From Nitrospirota bacterium (GTDB lineage: Bacteria > Nitrospirota > UBA9217): a DNA stretch of 64,000 nucleotides. The stretch is from contig CAVVOB010000018.1 of assembly GCA_963749655.1 (NCBI GenBank), forward strand, positions 64,001 through 128,000. The letters are read 5' to 3'. The position numbers were made by a program, and so were the translations under genes. Every line of letters starts with the position of its first letter. The stretch's first letter is position 1. Below, in pieces: positions 28,601-39,562 of the stretch. The notes beneath the pieces were generated by a model, which worked only from the letters and a program-made list of their open reading frames with translations, was not told the origin of the DNA and made no database searches.

Positions 28601-31600
28601 TCAGGACACTGCCGATTTCCGCCTGTCCAGGACGTCCCTGACCTTCCTGAGGAGGTCGCGCGGCGATACCGGTTTCAGCAGGAGATCCGCACCCCGTGCG
28701 AGGAAGCCTTCAGTGAATATTCTATCGGCCGTATACCCGGTCATGAAGACGGCCTTCACGTCGCCCCTGACCTTCTTGATTTCCTCATAGACCTCCCTGC
28801 CGCTTTTTCTGGGCATGACCATGTCCAGGAGAAGGAGTCCAACGCTGTTCCGGTTCTGCGCGAACTTATCGAGCGCCTCCTGGCCGTCCGCCGATTCGAT
28901 GACCCGGTAGCCGAACTCGCTCAGAACGGACGAGGTCAGTTTCCGCAGCGCCTCGTCGTCCTCTGCCACCAGGATGGTTTCAGTCCCCCGGGGGATTTCC
29001 TCTTCGTGAACTTGCGCGAAAGCCGCTCGTTCCTTGTCCGGAGGAGCAACGAGCGGCAGATAGATCCTGAATGTCGTGCCCTTCCCGGGCTCGCTGTACA
29101 CGTTCACATAGCCGTTGTGCTGTTTCACGATCCCGTAGACCATGGCGAGGCCGAGGCCGGTCCCCTTGCCCGGCTCTTTTGTCGTAAAGAACGGTTCGAA
29201 GATCCTTTTTTGCGTCGCTTCATCCATTCCCCTTCCCGTGTCCGCCACGACGATAAGGGCATACCAGCCTTCCTTCCCGTATCCGTGCGCCCTGATGTAG
29301 GACTCATCCAGCCGGATGACATCGGCCTCGATCGTGAATCTGCCGCCGCACTCCATGGCGTCGCGCGCATTGGTGGCCAGATTCATGAAAACCTGCTCCA
29401 GCTGGCTGCTGTCGGCGTGAACGATGAGATGTTCCTTCCTGAGGATCGACTGCAGCTCGATGTCCTCGCTGATGATCCTTCGCAGAAAATTTTCCATGCG
29501 GTGAATGATCTCCACCACGTTGACATCCATGGGGTTGATGATCTGTTTCCGACTGAACGCAAGGAGGCTGTGGGTCAGGTGGGCCGCCCGGTCCGCAGCT
29601 TCGAGCATATGCTGCACATTCATCCTGAGGGGATCGTCGTCCTTCATTTTCATGTGGAGGATATGTCCGTATCCTATGATCGCGGACAGAATATTGTTGA
29701 AGTCATGGGCTATCCCTCCCGCGAGATGGCCGATGGCCTCCATTTTCTGGGCCTGCCGGAGCTGGTCCTCGAGCTTCTTCCTCTCCGTAATGTCCGAGAT
29801 CAGCCCGTCGTAGGAAATGAGAGCTCCGTTTTCATCATACCGCGGCACCGGCGTATTTTTCACCCACCGGAGGTCTCCGGTTTTATGAATGATCCTGTGC
29901 TCAAGGGGGGGGGCCGTTTTTTGCGTAAGAATTTTCTTCGATTGCTCTATGACCGCCTGGCGATCGTCATCATAGACCATCCGGTTCCAGAGATAGGGGT
30001 CCACCTGATAATCCTCGGCCCGATAGCCCGTGACCGCAACGCAGCCGGGACCGTGCGTCGTGGCAACAGGTCTGCCATTCTCGACAGTTACTGTGTAGAT
30101 ATAGTCGGTCACCGATTCGACAAGGTGTTTGAATCGCTGTTCGTTTTCCAGAACCGCTTTTTCCGCTTTCCGCCGTTCAGTGATGTCCCGAAAGATCCCG
30201 AGCAGGTACATGCGCCCGCCGATCGTGACCGGTCGTAGAGTTTACATCTGCGTAGAACATCGATCCGTCTTTTCGTTTAACCGGAAGTTCCGATGCTATA
30301 TCGATTTCCCCGCGAGACTGCTTTTCGAATTGCGAAAAAACGTAAGTCTGCGACTCCGGAGGGTGTATGTCGTTCACGCCGAGATGCATCAACTCTTCAA
30401 AGCTGTATCCCAGCATGTGACAGATTCGTTTATTGCCCGTAAAAAACCTCTTGCTCATGATGTCTGCCAGTAAAATGCCGTCAAGGGCGCTGTCGAATAT
30501 GGCGCGCAGCTGCTCCTCCGAATTTCTGAGGGACTCCTCGGCTTGCTTGCGCTCGGTGACATCGCGCGCAGCGGCAAAGACGCCGATGACCGCTCCGGTC
30601 TCGTCCCGGTAAACGGTGGCATTATACAGCACCGATGCGATCGATCCGTCCTTGTGCCGCAGGTCCAGGGGATAATCGCGAACCGCTCCCTTGCTGAAGG
30701 CCTGCAGGTATCCGGCCCGGGCCTTTTCCGGTTCGGTGAAATACTCCGAAAAATCGGTGCCCACGAGCTCTTTCCTCGACCGGCCCGTCGCCTTTTCGGT
30801 GGCCCTGTTCACGTCGGTGATCTTCCCGTCAGGACCGATCGTCACCAGGGGATCGAGGCTTGCTTCGATCAGACTGCGGTGATAAACACCAGCCAGGCGC
30901 AGTTTTTCCTCCGCCCGTTTTCGCCTGATGATATCCCACATGCCCTCGAGCAGCACGGACACCCGGTATTGATCCGATTCGGTGTAATCCTCCCGTTTGT
31001 TGGCCACGCCCGCGACGGCCACGACACGGCCCTTATCCACGACCGGCACTCCCATGAAGCGCGTAAGGTCGAGATGTCCTTTGGGATAGCCCTTCTTAAA
31101 GGGATTCGGCGCACTATAATCATTGATCATCATCACCTTCTGCTGCCTGATCGGTTCCGCCCAAACGCCGGCCTCTGTAAGCGGGAAGTTCAACGGTTTG
31201 CCGATGGAGCAGGACTCCATGGCCTTTTCGGACCAGAGATGGGCTTCCATATGTCGGTCATCGTCGCTGATGAGCCCGACAAAACCGTTGGCGCTTCCGG
31301 TCAGATTCACGCATTTGTCGACAACGAAGGAAATGATATCGCGGACCGGTGCGATGGACAGTTTCTGGTACAAGTCCAGCATGGCTTTTTGACGGATCAG
31401 GTTGAGCCGGGTCTCCTCCTCGGACTTGAGCCGGTCTGTAATGTCCCGTGCAGCCGCAAAGACGCCCGAGATATTTCCCGTCTCGTCCCGGTACACGGAG
31501 GCATTGTAGAGCACCGGCGTGATCCGTCCGTCCACGTGTTTTATTTCCAGGGGATAATCGCGCACCTGTCCTGTCTGAAACACCCGCTGGTAGCCCTCTT

Positions 31601-32720
31601 TCGCCTTTTCCGGCGCCGTGAAGTAGTCGCAGAAATCGCTCCCGATCAGATCGCCTCGCGGATATCCGGTAACCTTCTCCGTTGCTGCGTTGACGTCGGT
31701 GATCTTGCCGTCCGGCCCGATCGTCACCAGGGGATCGAGACTTGCTTCGATCAGGCTCCGGTTATAGGCGTTGGCAAAGTGCAGGGACTTCTCGGCCTTT
31801 GTCCGTTCTGCGATTTCCTTCTTCAGCTGTTCGTTCGAACGGGAAAGTTCGCCGGTCCGTTCCGTCACCCGGTGCTCCAGTTCCTCGGCCGCCCGCTGAA
31901 GCTCTTCCTGCCCCTGCTTCAGGCTCCTGAAGATGACGTCATAGGGAGTGCGAAGACCGGTCTGTATGATGGCGACGTACATGGCATAGAAAGCCGCAAT
32001 CTTAAACAGGTGCCCCACCATGTTCGAAAGGTCGTATACGCCCACATAGAAGGTAAAGGCAAGTTCGGAAACAATGGTTGCAGTGATGGACAGGAGTATG
32101 AGCCGCAGCACTTTGCGGTCGAACATCGCTTTCTTGCGGAAAACCAGAAGTACCGGACGCAACAAGCACGGCGCTGATGACATATTCGCTGTTCTTCTTG
32201 AACGGTGTGAGGCCTGTGCCTTCGCGGTAGCATTCGGGGAAAAAATTCGTGTACAAAATCGACCATAGCAGAAGGAAAGCCGCTGCTGCATAAGCGACCA
32301 GAAGGGCGCGGTGGTTCACTCTGCGTCCTATGAAGTAGGGCGCCACGAACAGGGAAAACGCCTGGAGAGAGCGTGCAGCGATCCAGAGCTGCGTCGGATG
32401 GTTGGCGTTAAAGGTCTTGAAGACGCCCATGCCTTTATAAGCAAGGGTGTGCACGAGATCGATACCGCCGACAACCAGATAGGCGATCCCGATAATGAGG
32501 AGGAAGTTGTTTTCAAGAAAGGCCCGCGCGTTCCAGGATATCGCGAAAATGCTGAGGGCGATCACGATGCTGAACAGTTCGGCAAGGCTGTGAAAGAGCG
32601 GATAACTGTAAAAACTGGTCAGATAAACGCCGGCGAGGAGCGCAAAGATGGTCAGACCGGACAAGCGTATATCCTGCTCGCCTGCTTTGGGAGGAAAATG
32701 AAAGCCCCCTGCGGCAGCAT
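28601..32720 (-). CDS. Hybrid sensor histidine kinase MASE3-PAS-GAF-PAS-PAS-PAS-HisKA-HATPase-REC (several frameshifts; start approximate)
   Basis: MASE3 ([11 protein letters not shown]...[11 protein letters not shown]...TQLWIAAR), PAS/PAC repeats, [21 protein letters not shown] and receiver LLDMVMP across ORFs 32002-32844, 30177-32291 and 28601-30211. Confidence 0.82.
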
Positions 32721-33098
32721 GCAGGGCGCCTCGATATTCACGATCAGAACATGATTGTAGTTGTTCGCTTTCCGGGCGGTGAGCAGAAGGATCAGGGCTC
32801 TTTCCAGAACTCACCTGCCCGTGCTTGTCACCTGCCGAGTGCACAGTTGTCCTCCGGAAGTTTGCCGAACATCCCTGTTGATGATCACAGGAGCAGAGAT
32901 CTCGTCATTTTGCTCCTGGCCAGAAGAGCATCGAAGTGCATTTAAATGCTCACGACTGTTTTGCGTCTGCACTATCCTCTAGTATAGCAAATCGGGCAGC
33001 AGGGAGAACGGTTGACACAGGGATGATGAGCGGTCACGAATGCACCGGCAGGCAGCGAGGCGAAGGGAGATGATGCGGGAAGAGAGCCGTCAGTTTCA

Positions 33099-33138
33099 GA
33101 AAAAAAAGAAGCCATAACTCGAAGAAGAGTTATGGCTT
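33099..33138 (-). terminator. Terminator after tRNA-Pro
   Basis: AAGCCATAACTC-GAAGAA-GAGTTATGGCTT with an A-run. Confidence 0.75.
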
Positions 33139-33143
33139 AATAT

Positions 33144-33220
33144 TGGTCGGGGCGAGCCGATTTGAACGGCCGACCACTCGCACCCCAAGCGAGTACGCTA
33201 CCAGGCTGCGCCACGCCCCG
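33144..33220 (-). tRNA. tRNA-Pro (anticodon GGG)
   Basis: Reverse complement CGGGGCGTGGCGCAGCCTGGTAGCGTACTCGCTTGGGGTGCGAGTGGTCGGCCGTTCAAATCGGCTCGCCCCGACCA; conserved ihfA-merR-tRNA-Pro synteny. Confidence 0.97.
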
Positions 33221-33235
33221 ATTTTCTGATATTTG

Positions 33236-33574
33236 TTATTTCAAGAGCTCCAGAATCTCTCTCAACTCAAGCTTTGCAGTTTCGAGGGCCGCCGCAACCT
33301 TGTCCTCGTCTTCTTTTCCGTTCAGTTTTTTTCTGGCCCCGGCGATCGTGTAGCCGTCTTTGTACAACAGCTGCTTGATGCGAAGGATGTTGTCGAGGTC
33401 TTTTTTGGTGTAGAGGCGCTGACCCGTACGTCCCTTATCGGGCCGGATCTGGGAAAATTCCGTCTCCCAATAACGAAGCACATACTGTTCCAGCCCGGTG
33501 AGGCGGCTCACTTCACCGATACGGTAAAACAGCTTACTCGGTGCTTGCGGTGGTTGCAGGGGTTTCGATGACAT
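33236..33574 (-). CDS. MerR-family regulator (ihfA-linked)
   Basis: [31 protein letters not shown]. Confidence 0.92.
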   Translation of the reverse strand: MSSKPLQPPQAPSKLFYRIGEVSRLTGLEQYVLRYWETEFSQIRPDKGRTGQRLYTKKDLDNILRIKQLLYKDGYTIAGARKKLNGKEDEDKVAAALETAKLELREILELLK

Positions 33575-33836
33575 GCTCTTTGAAAATCATGCTCGGTCTG
33601 AAACTGACAACCCTTCTCGGAGTAATCTCGATCTCCTGACCGGTCTTGGGGTTGCGGCCTTTCCGGGCATTCTTTTTCCGGACGACGAAGTTCCCGAAAC
33701 CGGAAAGCTTGACGGTTTCTCCTTCTTTGAGCGTCTGCTTGACCATGTCCAGAATCATCTCGACCAGCTCCTCAGCGTCCTGCTTCGGCAAGCCGACTTT
33801 GTCAAAAACCTCAGAGATGATGTCTGCTTTTGTCAT
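33534..33836 (-). CDS. ihfA: Integration host factor alpha subunit
   Basis: MTKADI, VKLSGFGNF, GRNPKTGQEIEITPRRVVSFRPS. Confidence 0.93.
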   Translation of the reverse strand: MTKADIISEVFDKVGLPKQDAEELVEMILDMVKQTLKEGETVKLSGFGNFVVRKKNARKGRNPKTGQEIEITPRRVVSFRPSMIFKEHVIETPATTASTE

Positions 33837-33859
33837 AGCCCCCCTCCTCTACGGTGCAT

Positions 33860-33888
33860 ACTATAGAGCATAAGAGCTTCAAAGTCAA
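33860..33888 (-). promoter_or_regulatory. Sigma70 promoter of ihfA
   Basis: TTGACT-17 bp-TATAGT. Confidence 0.65.
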
Positions 33889-34182
33889 GGCAAAATTGCT
33901 GCGCTTCAGCTCTGGTTCTCCCTTGTTGATGCGGCTCATAACGGTTCTCTTCCTTTTCTCTATAACGAACCCCGCTAAGCCGAATCCATAATCGCTTAGT
34001 ATCCGTCTTCTTTGTGCTACACTCGAACTATATTATGAAGCCCACGCACGATTTGGACACGCACATATTCTTTTTCATGGGGAGGCGAAATAATGGTTTC
34101 CTGCAGCATTAAGTGATATCGCTGTAAAAGAACGCTCCATAATGCAATCATCGTCAACATCATCACGATTAAGGAGGTCAAT

Positions 34183-35872
34183 ATGGCGAAAAAACTTTTT
34201 GCAGTTGTCGTATTGTTTTCCCTGCTGCTTTTTGCGGGCCTGTGGATGAAGAATGCGAATGCGCAGTACCAGGGTGCGGTCACAAAAAAAACAGCAGAAA
34301 AAGCCGTATCAGTCAATACCTGTTACTCGTGCCACGACCCGGTTAAACAGCTTCACACCATGGGCAAACACGCCAAAGTCAATTGTGTAAGCTGCCATGC
34401 AGGGCTCCAGAAACACCTGGCGAATCCAGGGCCGGAAACGCGGCCGATAACGAACACTTCGTGGGAAGCTTGCGGGCAATGCCACAAGGATGAATACGAC
34501 AGCTTCATGCAGGTCGCTTATCATCGGCCTGCGCGGGACGAAAAATCGCAGCTTACCAACCGCTCTCCCAACCCCTTCTGGGACAAGCTCATGGCAGGCC
34601 ATGGCTTCACCAAGGAGCACAACCTGACGCGGAGCCACGTGAACATGCTGCCCGATCACCTCGTGGTCGACCGCGCTTACGGCGGACGGTTCCAGCCCAG
34701 GAACGGCTGGACCTATGTGCTTGAGAAAGGCAAGTCATGGGACATTCTCGCTGACCGGGAGCCGGCGACTTCGGACCAGAAGATCTTCATGCCCCAAAGC
34801 GTCACAGCCGCGAACCCTGTCTGCCTGCAGTGCAAATCCCAGGATCAAATCCTCAAGTGGTCCTATATGGGTGAACCGGTCGAGGGCGCCCAATGGTCGC
34901 GGACGTCGAAACCCGTGGAGCTCGTCCGGGACCTCCAGCACGGCTTGAACTGTTTCTATTGCCACGATCCCCATGCGGCCAAGCCGCGCATCGTCCGTGA
35001 CGGCCTGATCCAGGCGCTGACGCGCCCCGAGGCGGACACGCTCTGGCACAAGGACCCGAATCACACGAACATCAAGGTGATCGACATGGGCGTGCGCGGG
35101 TTCACCAGGAAGATCGCGCTCCTTGAAAAATATGACACCCGCCTTTTGTGCGGCCAATGTCATGTAGAGTACAACTGCAATCCGGGATACGATCCGCGGA
35201 ACCAGGACACGTCGAAGTACAGCGTAACCATGGCCGACGTGCGCACGAATCATTTCCCGTATAAGGACGTGCTCGGCCTCTACGATCACTATGTGAAGCA
35301 GGTCAACTTCCTTGACTTCAAGCACACCCTGACCGGCGGGCTCCTGTGGAAGGCCCAGCATCCCGAATCGGAAACGTACTACAACTCCAAGCACGCGAAG
35401 GCCGGCGTGGGCTGCGCGGACTGCCATACCCCGAAGGTGAAGAACAAGAAGACCGGCAAGACCTGGACTTCGCATTTCGCCGTGACCCCGCGGGTCCAGC
35501 TCAAGGAGACCTGCCTCAAGTGTCATCCCCAGTGGACCGAGGAACAGGCGAAATACACGATCGATTCGATCAAGGCATACGGAAAAGGAAAGATGAGAAA
35601 GGCGGAGTTCTGGCTCATCGAGCCTGATCGACAAGATCGTGGAGGCCAGGAAGGCCGGACTCGATCCCGAAATCATCAAGCAGGCCCAGGACCAGCACCT
35701 CAGGGCGCACATTCTCTGGGAATACTGGACTGCCGAGAATTCCGACGGGTTCCACAATCCCGAGCTCGCCCGCGAGTCGCTCACGAGGTCCGTGGACGAA
35801 TCACAGAAAGGAATCAAGCTCATCAACGACGCCCTGTCTCCGAAGGCCGCGTCTTCCTCAGCAGCTCATTGA
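34183..35872 (+). CDS. Octaheme ammonia-forming cytochrome c nitrite reductase (ONR/NrfA family; frameshift ~35620)
   Basis: Signal peptide; 7 CxxCH plus one CxxCK (CLQCK); CGQCHVEYNC, KAQHPE; C-terminal WEYWTAENSDGFHNP in the second frame. Confidence 0.9.
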
Positions 35873-35884
35873 ACCATCCTGCAT

Positions 35885-35921
35885 GAGCAGCGGGGCGCAA
35901 ATGCCCCGCTGTTCTCTTGTT
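35885..35921 (+). terminator. Terminator after the nitrite reductase gene
   Basis: GAGCAGCGGGGC-GCAAAT-GCCCCGCTGTTC followed by a T-rich tail. Confidence 0.7.
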
Positions 35922-35937
35922 CATCGACGCTCCCTTC

Positions 35938-35965
35938 TTGACTTTCCCTCCCGCTATGTTATTCT
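35938..35965 (+). promoter_or_regulatory. Probable nuo operon promoter (leaderless nuoA)
   Basis: TTGACT-16 bp-(TG)N-TATTCT, 6 nt before the nuoA ATG. Confidence 0.5.
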
Positions 35966-35971
35966 TTTAGC

Positions 35972-36391
35972 ATGCTTCCCAATGCTTTAGAAGATGTCGT
36001 TCTCTGGCCCCTGGGCGTCTACTTTGCCGCCGTCGTCGGTCTTGTTATCTTTATGATCACGTTCTCCTATCTTCTCGGAGAGCGCCACCGGGAAAAACAG
36101 ACAGCGGAACCCTATGAATCGGGCATCGTATCCACGGGGACGGCGCGCGTCCGCTTCGACATAAAATTCTATCTCGTCGCCATGTTTTTCGTCATCTTCG
36201 ACCTGGAGGCCGTATTCATTTTTTCCTGGGCCGTTTCCATCCGGGAGACGGGATGGACCGGGTACGGCGAAATGCTCATCTTCATCGCGGTGCTGACTGC
36301 GGCTCTCGTATATATATGGAAGCTCGGAGCGCTCGAATGGGGCTCCTTTGTAAAGCATAGTTCAAGGTTCAAAGTTCCAGGTTCAAAGTAA
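35972..36391 (+). CDS. nuoA: NADH-quinone oxidoreductase subunit A
   Basis: PYESGI, KFYLVAMFFVIFDLEAVF, KLGALEW. Confidence 0.95.
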   Translation: MLPNALEDVVLWPLGVYFAAVVGLVIFMITFSYLLGERHREKQTAEPYESGIVSTGTARVRFDIKFYLVAMFFVIFDLEAVFIFSWAVSIRETGWTGYGEMLIFIAVLTAALVYIWKLGALEWGSFVKHSSRFKVPGSK

Positions 36392-36467
36392 AGGCATCAA
36401 CTCAAAACTAATAACTCAAAACTATAAACTCCGCGCTTTGGGAACTCTGAACTATGAACTATAAACT
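36358..36467. repeat. Nested heptamer repeat element at nuoA/nuoB, overlapping both coding ends
   Basis: TAGTTCA AGGTTCA AAGTTCC AGGTTCA; CAACTCA AAACTAA TAACTCA AAACTAT AAACT; GGAACT CTGAACT ATGAACT ATAAACT. Confidence 0.85.
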
Positions 36468-37068
36468 CACCAAGCCCGGCCTCGATTCCCTCGAGGACGC
36501 TGTCCGGAAAAGCCTTTTACTGACGCGGCTGCAGGACATGCTCGCCTGGGGACGGAAGAACTCCATCTGGCCCTTCAATTTCGGCCTTTCCTGCTGCTAC
36601 GTGGAAATGGCCACGAGCCTCACGAGCAAATACGATATCGCGCGGTTCGGCGCCGAAGTAATGCGCGGCACGCCCCGCGAAGCGGATATGATGATCATCG
36701 CCGGGACCGTCTTCATCAAGATGGCGCCGGTTATCAAGCGGCTCTACGAGCAGATGATGGAGCCCCGGTGGGTCATCTCCATGGGCTCGTGCGCCAATTC
36801 CGGCGGCATGTACGACATCTACAGCGTGGTGCAGGGCGTGGACAAATTCCTGCCGGTGGACGTCTACGTTCCCGGCTGTCCGCCGCGGCCGGACGCGTTC
36901 ATGGAAGGCCTTCTGATGCTGCGCGAAAAGGTCGGCAAGGAACGGCGGCCCTTGAGCTGGGTCGCCGGGCCGCAGAACGTGATACGGCCCGAAATGCCGT
37001 GCATGCGCGATCTGAAACGGGAGGAACGCAGAAAGGCGTCGTTCCTGAGGTCGCCGGATGAAGTGTAA
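36454..37068 (+). CDS. nuoB: NADH-quinone oxidoreductase subunit B
   Basis: [27 protein letters not shown]. Confidence 0.96.
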   Translation: MNYKLTKPGLDSLEDAVRKSLLLTRLQDMLAWGRKNSIWPFNFGLSCCYVEMATSLTSKYDIARFGAEVMRGTPREADMMIIAGTVFIKMAPVIKRLYEQMMEPRWVISMGSCANSGGMYDIYSVVQGVDKFLPVDVYVPGCPPRPDAFMEGLLMLREKVGKERRPLSWVAGPQNVIRPEMPCMRDLKREERRKASFLRSPDEV

Positions 37069-37073
37069 GACTG

Positions 37074-37154
37074 CAGTTTTTAGTTTTTAGTTCTTAGTTC
37101 TTAAGACGATACTGCACTTCCAACTTAAAACTCAAAACTAAAAACTCAAAACTG
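37074..37154. repeat. Inverted heptamer element at nuoB/nuoCD
   Basis: CAGTTTT TAGTTTT TAGTTCT TAGTTCT ... CAACTTA AAACTCA AAACTAA AAACTCA AAACTG. Confidence 0.88.
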
Positions 37155-37171
37155 AAACAACTCTTTCCCTT

Positions 37172-38911
37172 ATGGTTCCTATCACCGACAATCTGAAGAC
37201 GGCCTTCCCCGATGCACTCCTTGCCATCCAGGAAACCCGCGACGCCATTCCCACGTTCTGGGTGAAGCCGGAACGGGCAGCCGATGTTCTCCGCCATCTC
37301 AAGACCGGCATAACGAGCCCCTATCGCACCCTCTACGATCTCACCGCCATCGACGAACGGATGAGAAACAACCGGCCGGACCAGCCGGCGAGCGATTTCA
37401 CGGTCGTGTATCATCTTCTTTCCTATGACCGGAACGACGATGTCCGTATCAAAGTGCCGCTCAAGGGAACGGAGCCGTCGCTTCCCACGATCACGGGGCT
37501 CTGGCAGTCCGCTGACTGGTACGAACGGGAAGTCTGGGACATGTTCGGGATCAGGTTCGACGGCCACCCGCATCTGAAAAGGATCCTGATGCCGCCGACG
37601 TGGAAAGGTCATCCTTTGCGCAAGGACCATCCGGCGCGGGCAACCGAGATGGGCCAATTCCGTCTGCCTGATGAGAAGGAGGAAGCGGAACAGACGGCGC
37701 TCCTGTTCAAACCGGAAGATTGGGGTATGGAGCGGGAGTCCGAAGACACGGACTTCATGTTCCTGAACCTCGGACCGCAGCATCCCGGCACGCACGGTCT
37801 CATCCGCTTCGTATTGCAACTCGACGGAGAAACGATCAAGAATGCCGTACTGGATATCGGCTACCATCACCGGGGCGCGGAAAAGATGGCTGAGCGGCAG
37901 TCCTGGCACACGTACATCCCCTATACCGACCGCGTCGACTATCTCGGCGGGGTAATGAACAACATGGCCTACTGCCTTGCCGTTGAGAAGCTTGCAGGCA
38001 TCGAGGTCCCGGACCGCGCCAAGACCATCCGGGTCATGCTCGCCGAGCTCTTCCGCATCGCAAGCCACCTCGTCTGGTACGGCACCTTTGCACAGGATGT
38101 GGGCTCCCTCTCGCCCGTGTTCTACATGTTCACGGACCGCGAACGGGTCTTCGACATCATCGAGGCCGTGTGCGGCGGCCGCATGCATCCCGAATGGTTC
38201 CGGATCGGGGGCGTGGCCCAGGACCTGCCCAAGGGCTGGGACGACCTGGTCAGGAACTTCCTTAAATACCTGCCGCCGCGGCTCAAGGAATACGATTCCA
38301 TCGTGATGCGGAACAGCATCTTCAAGGCGCGCACCAAGGGCGTCGGCAAATACTCCCTTGACGATGCCATCGATTGGGGCGTGACCGGACCGGGCCTCCG
38401 CGCCTGCGGTTTTGAATGGGACTTCCGCAAGAAGCGCCCCTATTCAGGGTACGAAAACTTCGAATTCGACATCCCGACGGCAACAAACGGCGACTGCTAC
38501 GACCGCGGCGTGGTCCGTATCGAAGAGATCCGCCAGAGCCTGCGCATCGTCGAGCAGTGCATGAAAAACATGCCCGCGGGGCCGTACAAGTCCGATCATC
38601 CGCTCGCGACGCCGCCGCGCAAGGAACGCACCATGCACGATATCGAAACGCTCATCAACCATTTCCTGAGCGTAAGCTGGGGACCGGTCATCCCTGCCGG
38701 CGAAGCCTTCATGGGCATCGAAGCCACGAAGGGAAACAACGGCTATTACCTGATCAGCGACGGGAGCACGGTGTCGTACCGCACGCGGATACGCACGCCT
38801 TCCTTTGCGCACCTGCAGATGGTGCCGAAGATCAGCAGGGGCCTGATGATCGCCGACCTCCTGGCGATCCTGGGGAGCATTGATTTTATTTTGGCGGATC
38901 TGGACAGATAG
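37172..38911 (+). CDS. nuoCD: NADH-quinone oxidoreductase fused subunit C/D
   Basis: [48 protein letters not shown]. Confidence 0.96.
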   Translation: MVPITDNLKTAFPDALLAIQETRDAIPTFWVKPERAADVLRHLKTGITSPYRTLYDLTAIDERMRNNRPDQPASDFTVVYHLLSYDRNDDVRIKVPLKGTEPSLPTITGLWQSADWYEREVWDMFGIRFDGHPHLKRILMPPTWKGHPLRKDHPARATEMGQFRLPDEKEEAEQTALLFKPEDWGMERESEDTDFMFLNLGPQHPGTHGLIRFVLQLDGETIKNAVLDIGYHHRGAEKMAERQSWHTYIPYTDRVDYLGGVMNNMAYCLAVEKLAGIEVPDRAKTIRVMLAELFRIASHLVWYGTFAQDVGSLSPVFYMFTDRERVFDIIEAVCGGRMHPEWFRIGGVAQDLPKGWDDLVRNFLKYLPPRLKEYDSIVMRNSIFKARTKGVGKYSLDDAIDWGVTGPGLRACGFEWDFRKKRPYSGYENFEFDIPTATNGDCYDRGVVRIEEIRQSLRIVEQCMKNMPAGPYKSDHPLATPPRKERTMHDIETLINHFLSVSWGPVIPAGEAFMGIEATKGNNGYYLISDGSTVSYRTRIRTPSFAHLQMVPKISRGLMIADLLAILGSIDFILADLDR

Positions 38912-38914
38912 GGG

Positions 38915-38948
38915 CAGTTTTGAGTTCAGAGTTTTTAGTTTTGAGTTG
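38915..38948. repeat. Single heptamer arm at nuoCD/nuoE
   Basis: CAGTTTT GAGTTCA GAGTTTT TAGTTTT GAGTTG. Confidence 0.82.
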
Positions 38949-38979
38949 AAAGCACTGAGTTTACATTGCAGACTATTTC

Positions 38980-39444
38980 ATGCTATCGAAAGAAGAGATA
39001 AACAAGATTAACGCCGAGCTGGTCCATGCCGTCACCAAGGCCTCGGCATCCGTTGACGCGCTCAATATCCTCCAGCGCAGCCGCGGCTGGGTGTCCGACG
39101 ATGCAGTAAAGGACGTTGCCGCGCTCCTGGAGATGACTGCCGACGAAGTGGACGCGGTGGCCACGTTCTACAGCTTCATTTTTAGAAAGCCCGTCGGCAA
39201 ACACGTCATCCTCATCTGCGACAGCATCTCCTGCTGGGTCATGGGATACAATCCCCTGCTGGATCTGATGAAGAACAAACTCGGCATCGCATTCGGCGAG
39301 ACAACGGCAGACAAACGGTTCACCCTTCTCCCCATCTCCTGCCTTGGCGCTTGTGACCGTGCACCGGCAATGATGGTCGACGACGATCTCCACGGTCCGG
39401 TAACTCCAGAGATGATGGAAGGGCTACTGGAAAAGTACAAGTAA
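38980..39444 (+). CDS. nuoE: NADH-quinone oxidoreductase subunit E
   Basis: VATFY, CDSISC, CLGACDRAP. Confidence 0.95.
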   Translation: MLSKEEINKINAELVHAVTKASASVDALNILQRSRGWVSDDAVKDVAALLEMTADEVDAVATFYSFIFRKPVGKHVILICDSISCWVMGYNPLLDLMKNKLGIAFGETTADKRFTLLPISCLGACDRAPAMMVDDDLHGPVTPEMMEGLLEKYK

Positions 39445-39448
39445 TAGC

Positions 39449-39551
39449 TTTGCCACGAATTATCACGAATTAACACGAATAAAACATTAGACTTGAGAAC
39501 AAAATTTTAAAATCTCTTTAAATTCGTGAAAATTCGTGTCAATTCGTGGCT
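39449..39551. repeat. Inverted 10-mer (CACGAATT) repeat element at nuoE/nuoF
   Basis: GCCACGAATT ATCACGAATT AACACGAATA ... AATTCGTGAA AATTCGTGTC AATTCGTGGC. Confidence 0.92.
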
Positions 39552-39562
39552 GAAAAGGTTTT

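Noticed and set aside
28450-33143. Genomic island integrated at tRNA-Pro
   Set aside because: No integrase and no duplicated tRNA 3' end; a terminator directly follows the tRNA.
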